Made by a program: the position numbers and the translations under genes
Source of the DNA: an uncultured Thermoanaerobaculia bacterium
GTDB lineage: Bacteria > Acidobacteriota > Thermoanaerobaculia > Multivoradales > Multivoraceae
Length of the DNA stretch: 64,000 nt
Direction: 5' to 3'
NCBI GenBank assembly: GCA_951813015.1
Contig: CATOTG010000011.1
Coordinates: 129,889-193,888 of the forward strand
The notes under the pieces: generated by a model
Database searches by the model: none
Seen by the model: the letters and a program-made list of their open reading frames with translations, nothing else
What the model was told of the DNA's origin: nothing
In this document: piece after piece, positions 51,655 to 61,513 of the stretch
Numbering within the stretch: position 1 is the stretch's first letter
How the letters are laid out: the number at the start of each line of letters is the position of its first letter

Positions 51655-51869
51655 TGGACGAGGTCCCGCTCGACGGGCAAGGGCCAGCCCTTCACCCACA
51701 TCAAGGTTTGAGGCGATGATCTGCGTCCGGGCGCGGGCCACCGACTCCGCTGCGGTCGAGGCGCTGATGGCGGAGACCGGCAGTCTGCCGCCCAACGGGT
51801 AATCGCAGGTCCAGCCGGGCGCAGTAGACTGACCGCCCACAACCGCACCACCTGACGAGGACGGCACGC

Positions 51870-52991
51870 ATGACCAAGCTGAGACGCAGGGACTTCCTGG
51901 GCAAAGCCGCCCTGGCCACCGCCGGAGCGGGCGTCGCCACCGCCTGCGGCGGACCCGAAGCGGGACCGGACGGCGCCCCCGCCGTCGTGACGAAACCGCG
52001 CCTGAACTGGCGCCTGGCCTCGAGCTTCCCGCGCGGACTCGACACGATCTTCGGCGGCGCGGAAGTCCTCGCGGAGCGGGTCGAGAGCCTGTCCGAGGGC
52101 CGGTTCCGGATCCGCGCCTACCCCGCCGGCGAACTGGTTCCCGGGCTCGGCGTGCTGGACGCGGTCCAGCAGGGCACGGTCGAACTCGGCCACACGGCAA
52201 GCTACTACTACACTGGCAAGAACCCGGCCGTCGCCTTCGACACGGCGATGCCCTTCGGCCTGAACACCCGCCAGCAGAACGCCTGGCTCTACCACGGCGG
52301 CGGCCTGGAGTTGATGCGCGAGGTGTTCGCCGACTTCAGCATCGTGAACTTCCCGGCCGGCAACACGGGCAGCCAGATGGGTGGATGGTTCCGGCGCGAG
52401 GTCAGCACGCTGGATGAGTTGCGCGGTCTGAAGATGCGCATTCCCGGCCTCGGCGCCGAGGTCCTGAGTCGGCTGGGCGTCACGGTCCAGACGATTCCGG
52501 GCGGCGAGATCTACCCCGCCCTCGAGCGCGGCGTGGTCGACGCCGCCGAGTGGGTCGGTCCCTACGACGACGAGAAGCTCGGCTTCCAGCGCGTCGCGAA
52601 GAACTACTACTACCCCGGCTGGTGGGAGCCCGGCCCGACCCTCTCCGCGTACGTCAACCGGACCGCCTGGGACTCCCTGCCCGCCGCGTACCAGGAGATC
52701 TTCCAGTCCGCCGCCGCCGAGGCGAACATCGACATGATCGCCCGCTACGACGCACTCAACCCGGAAGCGCTCCAGCGGCTGGTCGACGGCGGCGTCTCGC
52801 TGCGGCCGTTCTCCGACGAGATTCTGAACGCGGCCCGGACCGCCGCGTTCGATCTGATGAACGAGAACGCGGCCGCCGATCCCGCCTACCGCAGGATCTT
52901 CGACTCCTGGGATGAGGTGCGCAAGTCGTCCTTCCGCTGGTTCAGCACCGCCGAGCAGGCCTATGCGCGGTTCTCGTTTGGAGGCGGTTGA
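51870..52991 (+). CDS. dctP: TRAP transporter substrate-binding protein (DctP family) with Tat signal
   Basis: RRRDFLGKAALATAGAG. DctP-fold motifs (LRGLKMRIPG; YPALERGVVDAAE). Confidence 0.85.
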   Translation: MTKLRRRDFLGKAALATAGAGVATACGGPEAGPDGAPAVVTKPRLNWRLASSFPRGLDTIFGGAEVLAERVESLSEGRFRIRAYPAGELVPGLGVLDAVQQGTVELGHTASYYYTGKNPAVAFDTAMPFGLNTRQQNAWLYHGGGLELMREVFADFSIVNFPAGNTGSQMGGWFRREVSTLDELRGLKMRIPGLGAEVLSRLGVTVQTIPGGEIYPALERGVVDAAEWVGPYDDEKLGFQRVAKNYYYPGWWEPGPTLSAYVNRTAWDSLPAAYQEIFQSAAAEANIDMIARYDALNPEALQRLVDGGVSLRPFSDEILNAARTAAFDLMNENAAADPAYRRIFDSWDEVRKSSFRWFSTAEQAYARFSFGGG

Positions 52992-53053
52992 GGCAGCCGA
53001 TTCAGTCCGCCGGCAACCGGCGCGAAAGCGCCGGCTTCCGGACCTTTGCCGTG

Positions 53054-54373
53054 CTAGAGCAACGCCGTGACCAGCTCCGGATACAGGCAGATCAGCGCCA
53101 GCCCGATCAGCTGAATGACGATGAAGGGGATCACGCCCCGGTACATCTGAACCGTCGTGATCCGGCGTGGCGCCACCCCCCGCAGGTAGAAGATCGCGAA
53201 GCCGAATGGCGGCGTCAGGAAGGACGTCTGCAGGTTCATGCCGATCATCACGCCGAACCACACCATGTCGACATCGAGGATGCGCGCCGCCGGCGCGATC
53301 AACGGGATGACGATGAAGGCGATCTCGAAGAAGTCGATGAAGAACCCGAGAATGAAGATCGCGAGATTCGCGACGATCAGCAGGCCGATCTTGCCGCCCG
53401 GCAGGCCGGTCAGCAGATCCTCGATCCAGATGTCCCCGTAGAGGCCCCGGAAGACGAGCGCGAAGGCGGTCGAGCCGATGAGCAGGAAGATGACCATCGT
53501 GGTCAGTTTCGCCGTCGCGTCCATCGTCTCCTTGACGGCCTTCATCGTCAGTCGCCCGCGCGACAGGGCCAGCGCTATCGCGCCGACGGCGCCCAGGGCC
53601 CCTGCCTCCGTCGGCGTCGCGATGCCGGCGAAGATGCTGCCCAAGACGACCAGGATCAGCACCATCGGCGGCAGCATGACGACGGCCACCTGCCGAGCCA
53701 GCGCGGCGCCGCCGAGCGTCCGCTCCTCGGCGGGCAGCGCCGGGGCGGCGGCCGGTTTGGCGATCGCGACACCAACGACATACACAGCGTAGAAGCCCGC
53801 CAGCATCAGGCCCGGAATCAAGGAGCCGATGAACAGGTCGCCAACCGAGATGCCGAGCTGGTCGGCAAGCACGACGAGCACGACGCTGGGCGGAATGATC
53901 TGGCCCAGCGTGCCCGCGGCGCTGATCACGCCCGTGGCGAGCATCGGCGAGTAGTCGTAGCGCAGCATGACCGGCAGCGAGATCAGCCCCATCGCGACGA
54001 CCGACGCGCCGACGACGCCGGTTGCCGCGGCGAGCATCGCACCGACCACGACCACCGCCAGCGCCAGGCCTCCGCGCAAGCGCCCGAACAGCATCCCGAT
54101 CGTGCGCAGGAGATCCTCCGCCAGCTTCGACTTCTCGAGCATCGTGCCCATGAAGATGAAGAAGGGCACAGCGAGCAGGACGCCGTTCGACATGACGCCG
54201 AAGACCCGCTCAGGGAATGCGTAGAGGAGGTTCCAGGAGAAGAGCCCGAGCTCGATGCCGATGAAGGCGAAGATCAGGGCCGTGCCGCCGAGCGAGAAGG
54301 CGACCGGATAGCCCGCGAAGATGAACAGAAAGACGACGACGAACATCAGCGGGCCGAGGAAGTCGCCGCTCAC
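53054..54373 (-). CDS. dctM: TRAP transporter large permease subunit (DctM)
   Basis: 439 aa from a GTG at 54373 (GTGA overlap with dctQ). Typical DctM TM profile (LEKSKLAEDLL...GGLALA). Confidence 0.85.
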   Translation of the reverse strand: MSGDFLGPLMFVVVFLFIFAGYPVAFSLGGTALIFAFIGIELGLFSWNLLYAFPERVFGVMSNGVLLAVPFFIFMGTMLEKSKLAEDLLRTIGMLFGRLRGGLALAVVVVGAMLAAATGVVGASVVAMGLISLPVMLRYDYSPMLATGVISAAGTLGQIIPPSVVLVVLADQLGISVGDLFIGSLIPGLMLAGFYAVYVVGVAIAKPAAAPALPAEERTLGGAALARQVAVVMLPPMVLILVVLGSIFAGIATPTEAGALGAVGAIALALSRGRLTMKAVKETMDATAKLTTMVIFLLIGSTAFALVFRGLYGDIWIEDLLTGLPGGKIGLLIVANLAIFILGFFIDFFEIAFIVIPLIAPAARILDVDMVWFGVMIGMNLQTSFLTPPFGFAIFYLRGVAPRRITTVQMYRGVIPFIVIQLIGLALICLYPELVTALL

Positions 54374-54954
54374 AACAGCCCCTCCTGCTCCATCTCTTCC
54401 TCTTCGGCCCCGGCCTTGAGCGCGCGCAGGCGCTGCCAGTTCCGCACCGCCTCGGCAAGCCCCTGCAGTGCCAGGAGCGTGAACGCGACGAGCAGCACGC
54501 TCTTGATCGGGTAGCGCGGCAAGCCGCCGGGATCCGACGACACCTCGAGCACCGCCCAGGAATTCCGTACCGCCGGCCACGACATGATGAGCCCGAAGAC
54601 CGCGAACGGGATCAGAAACAGCAGCGAGCCCCACAGGTCGATGTGCCGCCGCCACCGCTCCGGCAATCGGCTGTAGACCACGTCGACCCGGACGTGGGCG
54701 TTGGTCTGCAGCGCGTAGGCGGCGCCGAGCAGGAAGACCAGGCTGAACATGTACCACTGCAACTCGAGGTACGCGTTCGAGCTCAGGTTCCAGCCCGTGA
54801 AACGACCCAGGTAGCGGACCACCGCGTTGTACGCTCCGACGACGACCATGGCCAGGGTCAGCCAGGAGACAGCGACCCCGAGTCGCGAGTTGAAGCGATC
54901 GACCCGGCCGACGAACCGGTCCAGGAAGACGCCCGAAGCACGTTCTGACGCCAT
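54370..54954 (-). CDS. dctQ: TRAP transporter small permease subunit (DctQ)
   Basis: ATG at 54954 gives MASERASGVFLDRFVGRVDRFNSRLGVAVSWLT... 4 TM helices. Confidence 0.8.
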   Translation of the reverse strand: MASERASGVFLDRFVGRVDRFNSRLGVAVSWLTLAMVVVGAYNAVVRYLGRFTGWNLSSNAYLELQWYMFSLVFLLGAAYALQTNAHVRVDVVYSRLPERWRRHIDLWGSLLFLIPFAVFGLIMSWPAVRNSWAVLEVSSDPGGLPRYPIKSVLLVAFTLLALQGLAEAVRNWQRLRALKAGAEEEEMEQEGLL

Positions 54955-55133
54955 GAGCGGGCGCAGGTTAGCAGCCCGTGGCAGAAGTCGCGCTGCATTC
55001 GAGCGGCCATGCATCTCAGCCCGGCATCGTGCCATCCGGGTGCTCGATGACTCGCACCCGGAGGTGGGGCGCGTGTGGCGCGTGACGCGCCACACGGGCA
55101 AGCTCCTCGGTCGAACATGGCCCGCAGCCGGCC

Positions 55134-56447
55134 GTGACTGAGGCGGCGACACCCGGCCTGACCCGCCGATTCGCGCGGCTGACGGCGCTCAACGCGGCTT
55201 CCAACCTGACCGTGCCGGTGGCCGGTCTGGCCGACATGGTGATGCTCGGCCGACTCGACGACGTGCGCTTTCTGGCCGGCGTGGTCCTGGGCGCCCTGAT
55301 CTTCGACTACCTGTACTTCGGGTTCGCCTTTCTGCGCATGGGGACCACCGGAGTCACCGCCCAGTCCTGGGGCCGCGGCGACACCGTGGAGGTCGCCGCA
55401 CACCTCTATCGCGCGCTCCTGCTGGCAGCCCTTTTCGGCCTCGTGACGGTCGCGCTTCGCGGCCCGCTCGGCGACCTCGGCTTCCGACTTCTTTCCGGCG
55501 CCGCGGAGGTAGAAGACGCCGGCCGCCGCTACTACGACGCCCGCATCTGGGGTGCGCCCGCGACCTTCGCGAATCTGGCGTTCGTCGGCTGGTTCCTGGG
55601 CAGAGGCGAAGCGGGACGAGCTCTGCTCGTCGTCGCGGCAGCGAACGTCGGCAACATCGTGCTGAACTGGTGGTTCATCCTTCAACTGGGTTGGGCCGCG
55701 TTCGGCGCCGGAGTCGCCACCGCCGCCGCACAGTGGCTGGCAGCCGGCATCGGTCTGGCGCTGACCCTCGGCGCGGGCGCCGCGTCGTGCTCCTGGCGGA
55801 CCGTGCTCGACCGTGCCGCGTTGCGCCGGCTCGTTGCCCTGAGCGGCCACCTGGTCGTCCGGACCCTGCTCCTGGTCACGGCCTTCGCCCTGTTCACGAA
55901 CGCCAGCGCGCTCTTCGGCACCGCCCGCCTGGCGGCGAACGGCCTGATCCTCCGCATGTTGAGTCTGGCTTCCTACCTCGTCGACGGCGCGGCCTTCGCC
56001 GGCGAGACTCTCGCCGGCATGGCCTTCGGCGCCGGCGACCGCAGAGAACTGCGGCGCGTTCTGATCCTGACGGTGACGGCAGCCGAAGTCTGCGCCGTCG
56101 CCTTCCTGTTGCCGGTGTTGATCTTTCCCCGCGGCACGTACGGCCTTCTGGTCGGTTACGACGATGTCGTCGCACTCGCCGCCGACAGCAACGTCTGGCT
56201 GCTGCCCGTGCTCCTCTTCGCCGCCCTCGCCTACGCGTTCGACGGCTTCTTCGTCGGTCTCACCCAGGGCAAGCTGCTCAGCCGGGCGATGGTGATCAGC
56301 CTGGGGCTCGGTTTCGCGCCGCTCGCCTGGGCCGCGGTCCACTTCCGCGACAGCAACCTGCTCTGGCTCAGCATGGTCGGCATGATGGCCGGCCGGGCGG
56401 CCACCCTGGGCTTCGCCGCCCGGAGTTACCTGCTGCCGAAGCGGTGA
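55134..56447 (+). CDS. MATE family efflux transporter
   Basis: 12-TM profile. GTG start. MATE signature region (ARIWGAPATFANLAFVGWFLGRGEA). Confidence 0.8.
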   Translation: MTEAATPGLTRRFARLTALNAASNLTVPVAGLADMVMLGRLDDVRFLAGVVLGALIFDYLYFGFAFLRMGTTGVTAQSWGRGDTVEVAAHLYRALLLAALFGLVTVALRGPLGDLGFRLLSGAAEVEDAGRRYYDARIWGAPATFANLAFVGWFLGRGEAGRALLVVAAANVGNIVLNWWFILQLGWAAFGAGVATAAAQWLAAGIGLALTLGAGAASCSWRTVLDRAALRRLVALSGHLVVRTLLLVTAFALFTNASALFGTARLAANGLILRMLSLASYLVDGAAFAGETLAGMAFGAGDRRELRRVLILTVTAAEVCAVAFLLPVLIFPRGTYGLLVGYDDVVALAADSNVWLLPVLLFAALAYAFDGFFVGLTQGKLLSRAMVISLGLGFAPLAWAAVHFRDSNLLWLSMVGMMAGRAATLGFAARSYLLPKR

Positions 56448-56713
56448 GCGCGGGAATGGTGTTCTCCAGACGGACCGCGGCCACCGGGCTACGCAGCGCG
56501 CCGAAGCCGCGCTCCAACTGTTCCCAGGCCGACAGAGAGGCCGGCGACGATGCAGATTCTGAGGATGCGCGAGTCAACTGGCGCCGCGCGCCAACTCTCC
56601 CCGGGCTCACCCGACAGGAGTTCGCAGGCCCGGCCACGAGCCCCGGGATGTGAGCGGCGGCTAGACTTCGGGCCGCGACCGGAATTGGGACCAGCCAGGG
56701 AGGCGATTGCGGA

Positions 56714-57499
56714 ATGGGAAAGCTCGAAGGAAAGATCACCCTCGTCACCGGGGGCGGCACCGGCATCGGCCGAGCGACCGCGCTGCTCTTCGCCCGTGAA
56801 GGCGCGACCGTCATCGTGTCGGGCCGGCGGCTCGAACCACTTGAAGCCGTCGCCGGCGAGATCGAGGAGGCGGGCGGCGACGCCTGGGCCCATTCCGCCG
56901 ACATGGAGGACCCCGGCGCCGTCCGCGGCCTCGCGGAGGCGGTGCTCGACCGCCACCCCACGGTCGACGTCCTGGTCCACAACGCGGGTCACAGCTCCAA
57001 GGTCCGCAGCACGCGCTACATCTCCCAGGAAGAATGGGACAGCGTGATCGCGGTCAACGCGACCGGGCCGGCGATGCTGACGAAGGCCCTGCTGCCGGCG
57101 ATGCTCGCTCACGGCGGCGCCACCGTGATCATGGTCTCGTCGATGGCGGCAATCCGCCCGGGCGTGATGGCCGGCACCGCCTACGGCGCCGCGAAGGCCG
57201 CCTCCCGCAACTACATCTTCGGCCTCGGCGCGGAACTCCGCCAGCTCGGCATCCGCGCCACCAGCGTCCTGCCCGGCGAGGTCGACACGCCGATTCTCGA
57301 CAACCGGCCGCGGCCGCCGTCAACCGAGGAGCGGGCGAACATGATGGCCGCCGAGGACATCGCCGAGGCGATCCTGACCGCCGCCGCCCTCCCCGAACGC
57401 ACCGTGATCGAGGAAATGACCCTGATGCCGACAAGGCTCCGCGACTACTCCGCCGACATCGCGGCGGCGCGGACTCTCGGCGCGCCGGAAGACGACTGA
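56714..57499 (+). CDS. SDR family oxidoreductase
   Basis: TGGGTGIGRATA (Rossmann). NAGHSS...catalytic YGAAK. Confidence 0.8.
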   Translation: MGKLEGKITLVTGGGTGIGRATALLFAREGATVIVSGRRLEPLEAVAGEIEEAGGDAWAHSADMEDPGAVRGLAEAVLDRHPTVDVLVHNAGHSSKVRSTRYISQEEWDSVIAVNATGPAMLTKALLPAMLAHGGATVIMVSSMAAIRPGVMAGTAYGAAKAASRNYIFGLGAELRQLGIRATSVLPGEVDTPILDNRPRPPSTEERANMMAAEDIAEAILTAAALPERTVIEEMTLMPTRLRDYSADIAAARTLGAPEDD

Positions 57500-57640
57500 G
57501 GCGCCGGCGCCACCTGATCATCAATCCCTGGACGGACGCCCAGCGAGGACGCATCGGCGCGCCGGAGGACGACGGAGGCGCCGGCGGCACCGCTCTACCG
57601 GCCGGGCGCCATCCTCAGCCGCTGACCCCTACCGGAGGGG

Positions 57641-58102
57641 CTACTCCGCCGCGGGCGCCTTCCTGTGCACCACGGTCGCTCCGATTACGCCGCCGATCGT
57701 CGAGAAGACGACGTTGATCACCAGCGAGAAAGCGACGATCGCGATGATGCCAAGCCCGGCAATCGTGCTGAAGAGGCTCAGGGCCTCGAAGTCCTCGGTG
57801 GATTCCGCGGCGAGAGCGCCGATCCCCATCGCACCCGTAAGGCCCCCAAGGATCAGGAGCCCCAGCAGAATGCTCAGCACGGAGCCGAAGACGCCGGCCA
57901 GCGCTCCGATCTTCGCGCCCTCGCCGTACGGCGTCTTCGCGGCGGGCGGGTCGTCCTTCAGCGCGAGGTAGACGGCCAGGATGCCGCCGCCCACGACCAG
58001 GGCGCAGCAGGCGAGGTTCAGCAGTTGGAAGCCGGGAATCTGCGAGGCGATCGCTCCCGCGCCGCCACCGATCGCTGCGGCGCCGATCTTCTTTCCTGTC
58101 AT
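57641..58102 (-). CDS. hypothetical small membrane protein (paralog B)
   Basis: 153 aa. The N-terminal 75 aa are near-identical to the 58136..58609 protein, including AAAIGGGA...CCALVVGGG..LAVYLA. Confidence 0.5.
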   Translation of the reverse strand: MTGKKIGAAAIGGGAGAIASQIPGFQLLNLACCALVVGGGILAVYLALKDDPPAAKTPYGEGAKIGALAGVFGSVLSILLGLLILGGLTGAMGIGALAAESTEDFEALSLFSTIAGLGIIAIVAFSLVINVVFSTIGGVIGATVVHRKAPAAE

Positions 58103-58135
58103 GGCGTCTCCTCAGGTTCGGGTGAAGCCGGCCTG

Positions 58136-58609
58136 CTAGGCCGAGGGCTTCTTGTGGAACACCGCGGCGCCGATCACGCCGCCGATAGCGGAAAAGATCA
58201 CGTCGACCACGAGGCTCACCAGGAACGTTACCGCACCGAAAGCGGCCACCGCGCCGGCCTCCTCGCCTGACATCGCATCGAGCACTTCCGGCGGCAGCCC
58301 CTCGATGCCCTCCATGACCCCCCGGATCATCTCCATCGGATCGCCGACGATCATCGTCATCGGTATCGCGACAATCGTGCCGACGACCGCCGCGACAACA
58401 CCGGCCAGAACGCCGATCATCGCACCGTCGCCGTAGGGGGTCGCGGGCGCAGGGGGTTCATCCCTCATCGCCAGGTAGACCGCCAGCATGCCGCCGCCGA
58501 CCACCAGCGCGCAGCAAAGGCAGTTGACGAAGTTCAGGAGCGGAATCTGCGAGGCGATCCCCGCCGCTCCACCGCCAATGGCCGCCGCTTTCAGTTTCTT
58601 CGGTGTCAT
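58136..58609 (-). CDS. hypothetical small membrane protein (paralog A)
   Basis: 157 aa. Tandem paralog of 57641..58102. Confidence 0.5.
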   Translation of the reverse strand: MTPKKLKAAAIGGGAAGIASQIPLLNFVNCLCCALVVGGGMLAVYLAMRDEPPAPATPYGDGAMIGVLAGVVAAVVGTIVAIPMTMIVGDPMEMIRGVMEGIEGLPPEVLDAMSGEEAGAVAAFGAVTFLVSLVVDVIFSAIGGVIGAAVFHKKPSA

Positions 58610-58658
58610 GGAATCTCCTCAGACGGGTCGAACCCGAGCAAGCGCCGGTCAAGACGCT

Positions 58659-59234
58659 CTACGGGTTCTCACGTGGCAAGTTTCGGGGCATTTGTTGGAC
58701 GATCTGGCCGACTGCGGCCCAGACCAGGACGGCGATGGCCGCCGCCGCCAGCACGCCGGTCAGGAAACGGCTCGCCGGCGTGTTGATCGGCAGTAGCCAG
58801 TCGATCGCGGCGGGCGCCAGGAACAGCAGTACGCGCCTGGGCTTCTCGAGCAGCCAGTCACGTGCCGGACGAAGAAGCGGCAGCACGATCAGTCCCAGGG
58901 TGAAGCCGACGTAGAAACCGAAGCAGCGGTGGCAGACGGCCAGGGGGTGGCCCGCCACATGGAAGCTGCGTTCGGCGATCTGATGGCAGACCCGAGCGAA
59001 GAACTCATAGAGCAGCGACGCGGAAAGACCGCCGGCAGCGGCCAGGAGCGGCGCGGCAACGACCAGGCCGATCGCCAGACAGCAGAGGATCGCGAGCGCC
59101 GCAACAGCCGCCGATATCGCCGGACCGCGCGTGAACGGAACGGCCGGTTCCGTTGTCGCAGCTCGGGCGCCGAGGCCCCCGGGAGGCCCGGCAGCTACCG
59201 GAGGGGCCGGAGCCCCAAACCGCTGACCACGCAT
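58659..59234 (-). CDS. DUF2085-family membrane protein
   Basis: ARVCHQIAERSFHVAGHPLAVCHRCFGFY (Cys/His cluster typical of DUF2085). Confidence 0.6.
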   Translation of the reverse strand: MRGQRFGAPAPPVAAGPPGGLGARAATTEPAVPFTRGPAISAAVAALAILCCLAIGLVVAAPLLAAAGGLSASLLYEFFARVCHQIAERSFHVAGHPLAVCHRCFGFYVGFTLGLIVLPLLRPARDWLLEKPRRVLLFLAPAAIDWLLPINTPASRFLTGVLAAAAIAVLVWAAVGQIVQQMPRNLPRENP

Positions 59235-59455
59235 GGCGATCTAGTGTAGCGGCTGACAACCGCGGTTGCCTCGCGGCCACTGTCTGGCCGTTTCGGAACG
59301 GTCCGCCAATGTCCGCCACTCCCGGAGTTTGACAGCGCCAGCAGGTCGTCCGTCGTCTGGTCCATCGCGCCGCCAACTACCGCAGCAAGGTCGAGCCGGA
59401 AGACGGCGCCCCTGACCATTCGCCGCCGGTATGATCGCGTCGTGAGGAGCGACCC

Positions 59456-60754
59456 GTGAGCGGCTGGAATTCGATCCCCGAGCTGGGCGCGCTCGTCGGT
59501 GAGGAAATTCGCCTGCGCGGCTGGGTCGACAGGCGGCGCTCGAGCGGCCGGATCGGCTTCATCCAGCTCCGGGAATCGGGCGCCACGGTGCAGCTCGTCA
59601 TCAGTCGCAAGGAGGTCGACGAGGCGTCGTGGGAGGCGCTCCAGAGCGCCACCCAGGAATCGACCGTCGCGGTGACCGGCACCGCCGTCGCCGATCCGCG
59701 ATCGCCGGGCGGAGTCGAGATCCACGTGTCGTCGCTGGCACTGGTCCACGGCGCCGACGGCTATCCGATCACGCCGAAAGAGCACGGCGCCGCCTTCCTG
59801 ATGGACCACCGCCACCTCTGGCTGCGCTCGAGCCGGCAGCGGGCCGTGCTGCGGATCCGCAGCGAGGTCTGCCAGGCGATTCACGACTTCCACCGCGAGC
59901 GGGGCTACTACCTGGTCGACTCGCCGATCCTGACGCCTGCGGCCTGCGAGGGAACGTCGACCCTGTTCGAGACCCCGTACTTCGACCACGGCAACGCCTA
60001 CCTCAGCCAGTCCGGCCAGCTCTACCTCGAGCCCGCGGCCGCCGCACTCGGCAAGGTCTACTGCTTCGGTCCCACGTTCCGGGCCGAGAAGTCGAAGACC
60101 CGGCGCCACCTGATGGAGTTCTGGATGGTCGAGCCGGAGGCCGCCTTCCTCGACTTCAAGGGCCTGACCGAGCTTGCCGAGGACTTCGTCGTCTATCTCG
60201 CGGGGCGGGTCCTGGAGCACTGCGCCGAGCCGCTCAAGCTCCTTGAGCGCGACACCTCCAGGCTCGAGGCGATCCGCAAGCCGTTCCCCCGGCTCCGCTA
60301 CGCGGAAGCGATCGATCTTCTTCGCGGCCAGGGCTCCGCCATCGAGTTCGGCGACGACTTCGGCGCTCCCGAAGAGACCTCGATCGCCGAGGCGTTCGAT
60401 CGGCCGGTCATGGTCACCCACTACCCAACCTCGCTCAAGGCCTTCTACATGCAGCCCGACCCGGACGATCCGACCCTCGCTCTGGCCCTCGACGTGATCG
60501 CCCCCGAGGGCTGCGGCGAGATCATCGGCGGCAGCCAGCGCATCCACGACCACGACCTGCTCCTGTCCCGACTCAAGGAGCATGATCTGCCGATCGAGGC
60601 CTTTCAGTGGTACCTCGACATCCGCCGTTACGGCACGTTCGAGCACAGCGGCTTCGGCATGGGCGTCGAACGCTTCGTCGCCTGGATGGCCGGCGTCCCC
60701 CATCTGCGGGAGACGATCCCCTATCCCCGAACGATGGACCGGATCTACCCCTGA
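59456..60754 (+). CDS. asnS: asparagine--tRNA ligase (class IIb)
   Basis: OB anticodon-binding N-terminus. Motif 2 FGPTFRAEKSKTRRHLMEFWMVEPE. Motif 3 EHSGFGMGVERFVAWMAG. Ends YPRT. GTG start with a GAGGAG SD. Confidence 0.8.
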   Translation: MSGWNSIPELGALVGEEIRLRGWVDRRRSSGRIGFIQLRESGATVQLVISRKEVDEASWEALQSATQESTVAVTGTAVADPRSPGGVEIHVSSLALVHGADGYPITPKEHGAAFLMDHRHLWLRSSRQRAVLRIRSEVCQAIHDFHRERGYYLVDSPILTPAACEGTSTLFETPYFDHGNAYLSQSGQLYLEPAAAALGKVYCFGPTFRAEKSKTRRHLMEFWMVEPEAAFLDFKGLTELAEDFVVYLAGRVLEHCAEPLKLLERDTSRLEAIRKPFPRLRYAEAIDLLRGQGSAIEFGDDFGAPEETSIAEAFDRPVMVTHYPTSLKAFYMQPDPDDPTLALALDVIAPEGCGEIIGGSQRIHDHDLLLSRLKEHDLPIEAFQWYLDIRRYGTFEHSGFGMGVERFVAWMAGVPHLRETIPYPRTMDRIYP

Positions 60755-61509
60755 CGCTTCGCACCGACGAACTCGAAGAGCGGATCGGCTACCGCTTCAG
60801 GAACCGCGACCTGCTCGAGCAGGCCGTGACCCACACCTCCTTCGCCAACGAACAGGGATTGGAGAAGCACAACGAGCGGCTGGAGTTCCTGGGAGATTCG
60901 GTGCTCGAGCTGGTCGTGGCGGACTGGCTCTTCCGGTCTCGGCCGGCGGCGCCCGAAGGCGTCCTGTCGCGGATCAGGTCCCATGTCGTCAGCGCCGAGG
61001 CTCTGGCCCGGCGCGCCCGGAAGCTCGAGCTCGGCCCGGCGCTTCGGCTCGGCCACGGCGAAGACCGGTCGGGCGGCCGCGAGAAGCAGTCTCTGCTGGC
61101 GAACGCGCTCGAAGCCGTGATCGGGGCGGTGTTCGTCGACGGCGGCCTCCAGGCCGCCCGCAGCCTGCTCGAACCATGGACCGAGGCAGAGGTCGCCGAA
61201 ACGATGGACGCCGTGGACGCGAAGTCGGTCCTGCAGGAGTCGCTCCAGGGTCGGGGACTCGAGCTCCCGTCCTACCGCCATGTCGGCCGCGAGGGGCCCG
61301 ACCACGACCCCACCTTTCACGTCGAGTGCTGGGTCGGGGGCCGCGCCGTGGCCGCGGCGTCGGGTCGCTCGAAGAAGGCCGCGGAGTTCAGCGCGGCCCG
61401 ACGGGCCCTTCGCGACGTCGCCCCGAGCGAAGGCCCGGCCACTTCATCCGGAAGCGGCGAACGGCGAGCGGCGAGCGGAGCAGAAGCACCGAGACTGGAC
61501 GGCAGGTAG
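60751..61509 (+). CDS. rnc: ribonuclease III
   Basis: ERLEFLGDSVLELVVADWLF signature. dsRBD C-terminus. The only near-cognate start before the conserved N-terminus (TDELEERIGYRF) is a CTG overlapping the asnS stop (CTGA). Confidence 0.8.
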   Translation: MTLRTDELEERIGYRFRNRDLLEQAVTHTSFANEQGLEKHNERLEFLGDSVLELVVADWLFRSRPAAPEGVLSRIRSHVVSAEALARRARKLELGPALRLGHGEDRSGGREKQSLLANALEAVIGAVFVDGGLQAARSLLEPWTEAEVAETMDAVDAKSVLQESLQGRGLELPSYRHVGREGPDHDPTFHVECWVGGRAVAAASGRSKKAAEFSAARRALRDVAPSEGPATSSGSGERRAASGAEAPRLDGR

Positions 61510-61513
61510 CCGG

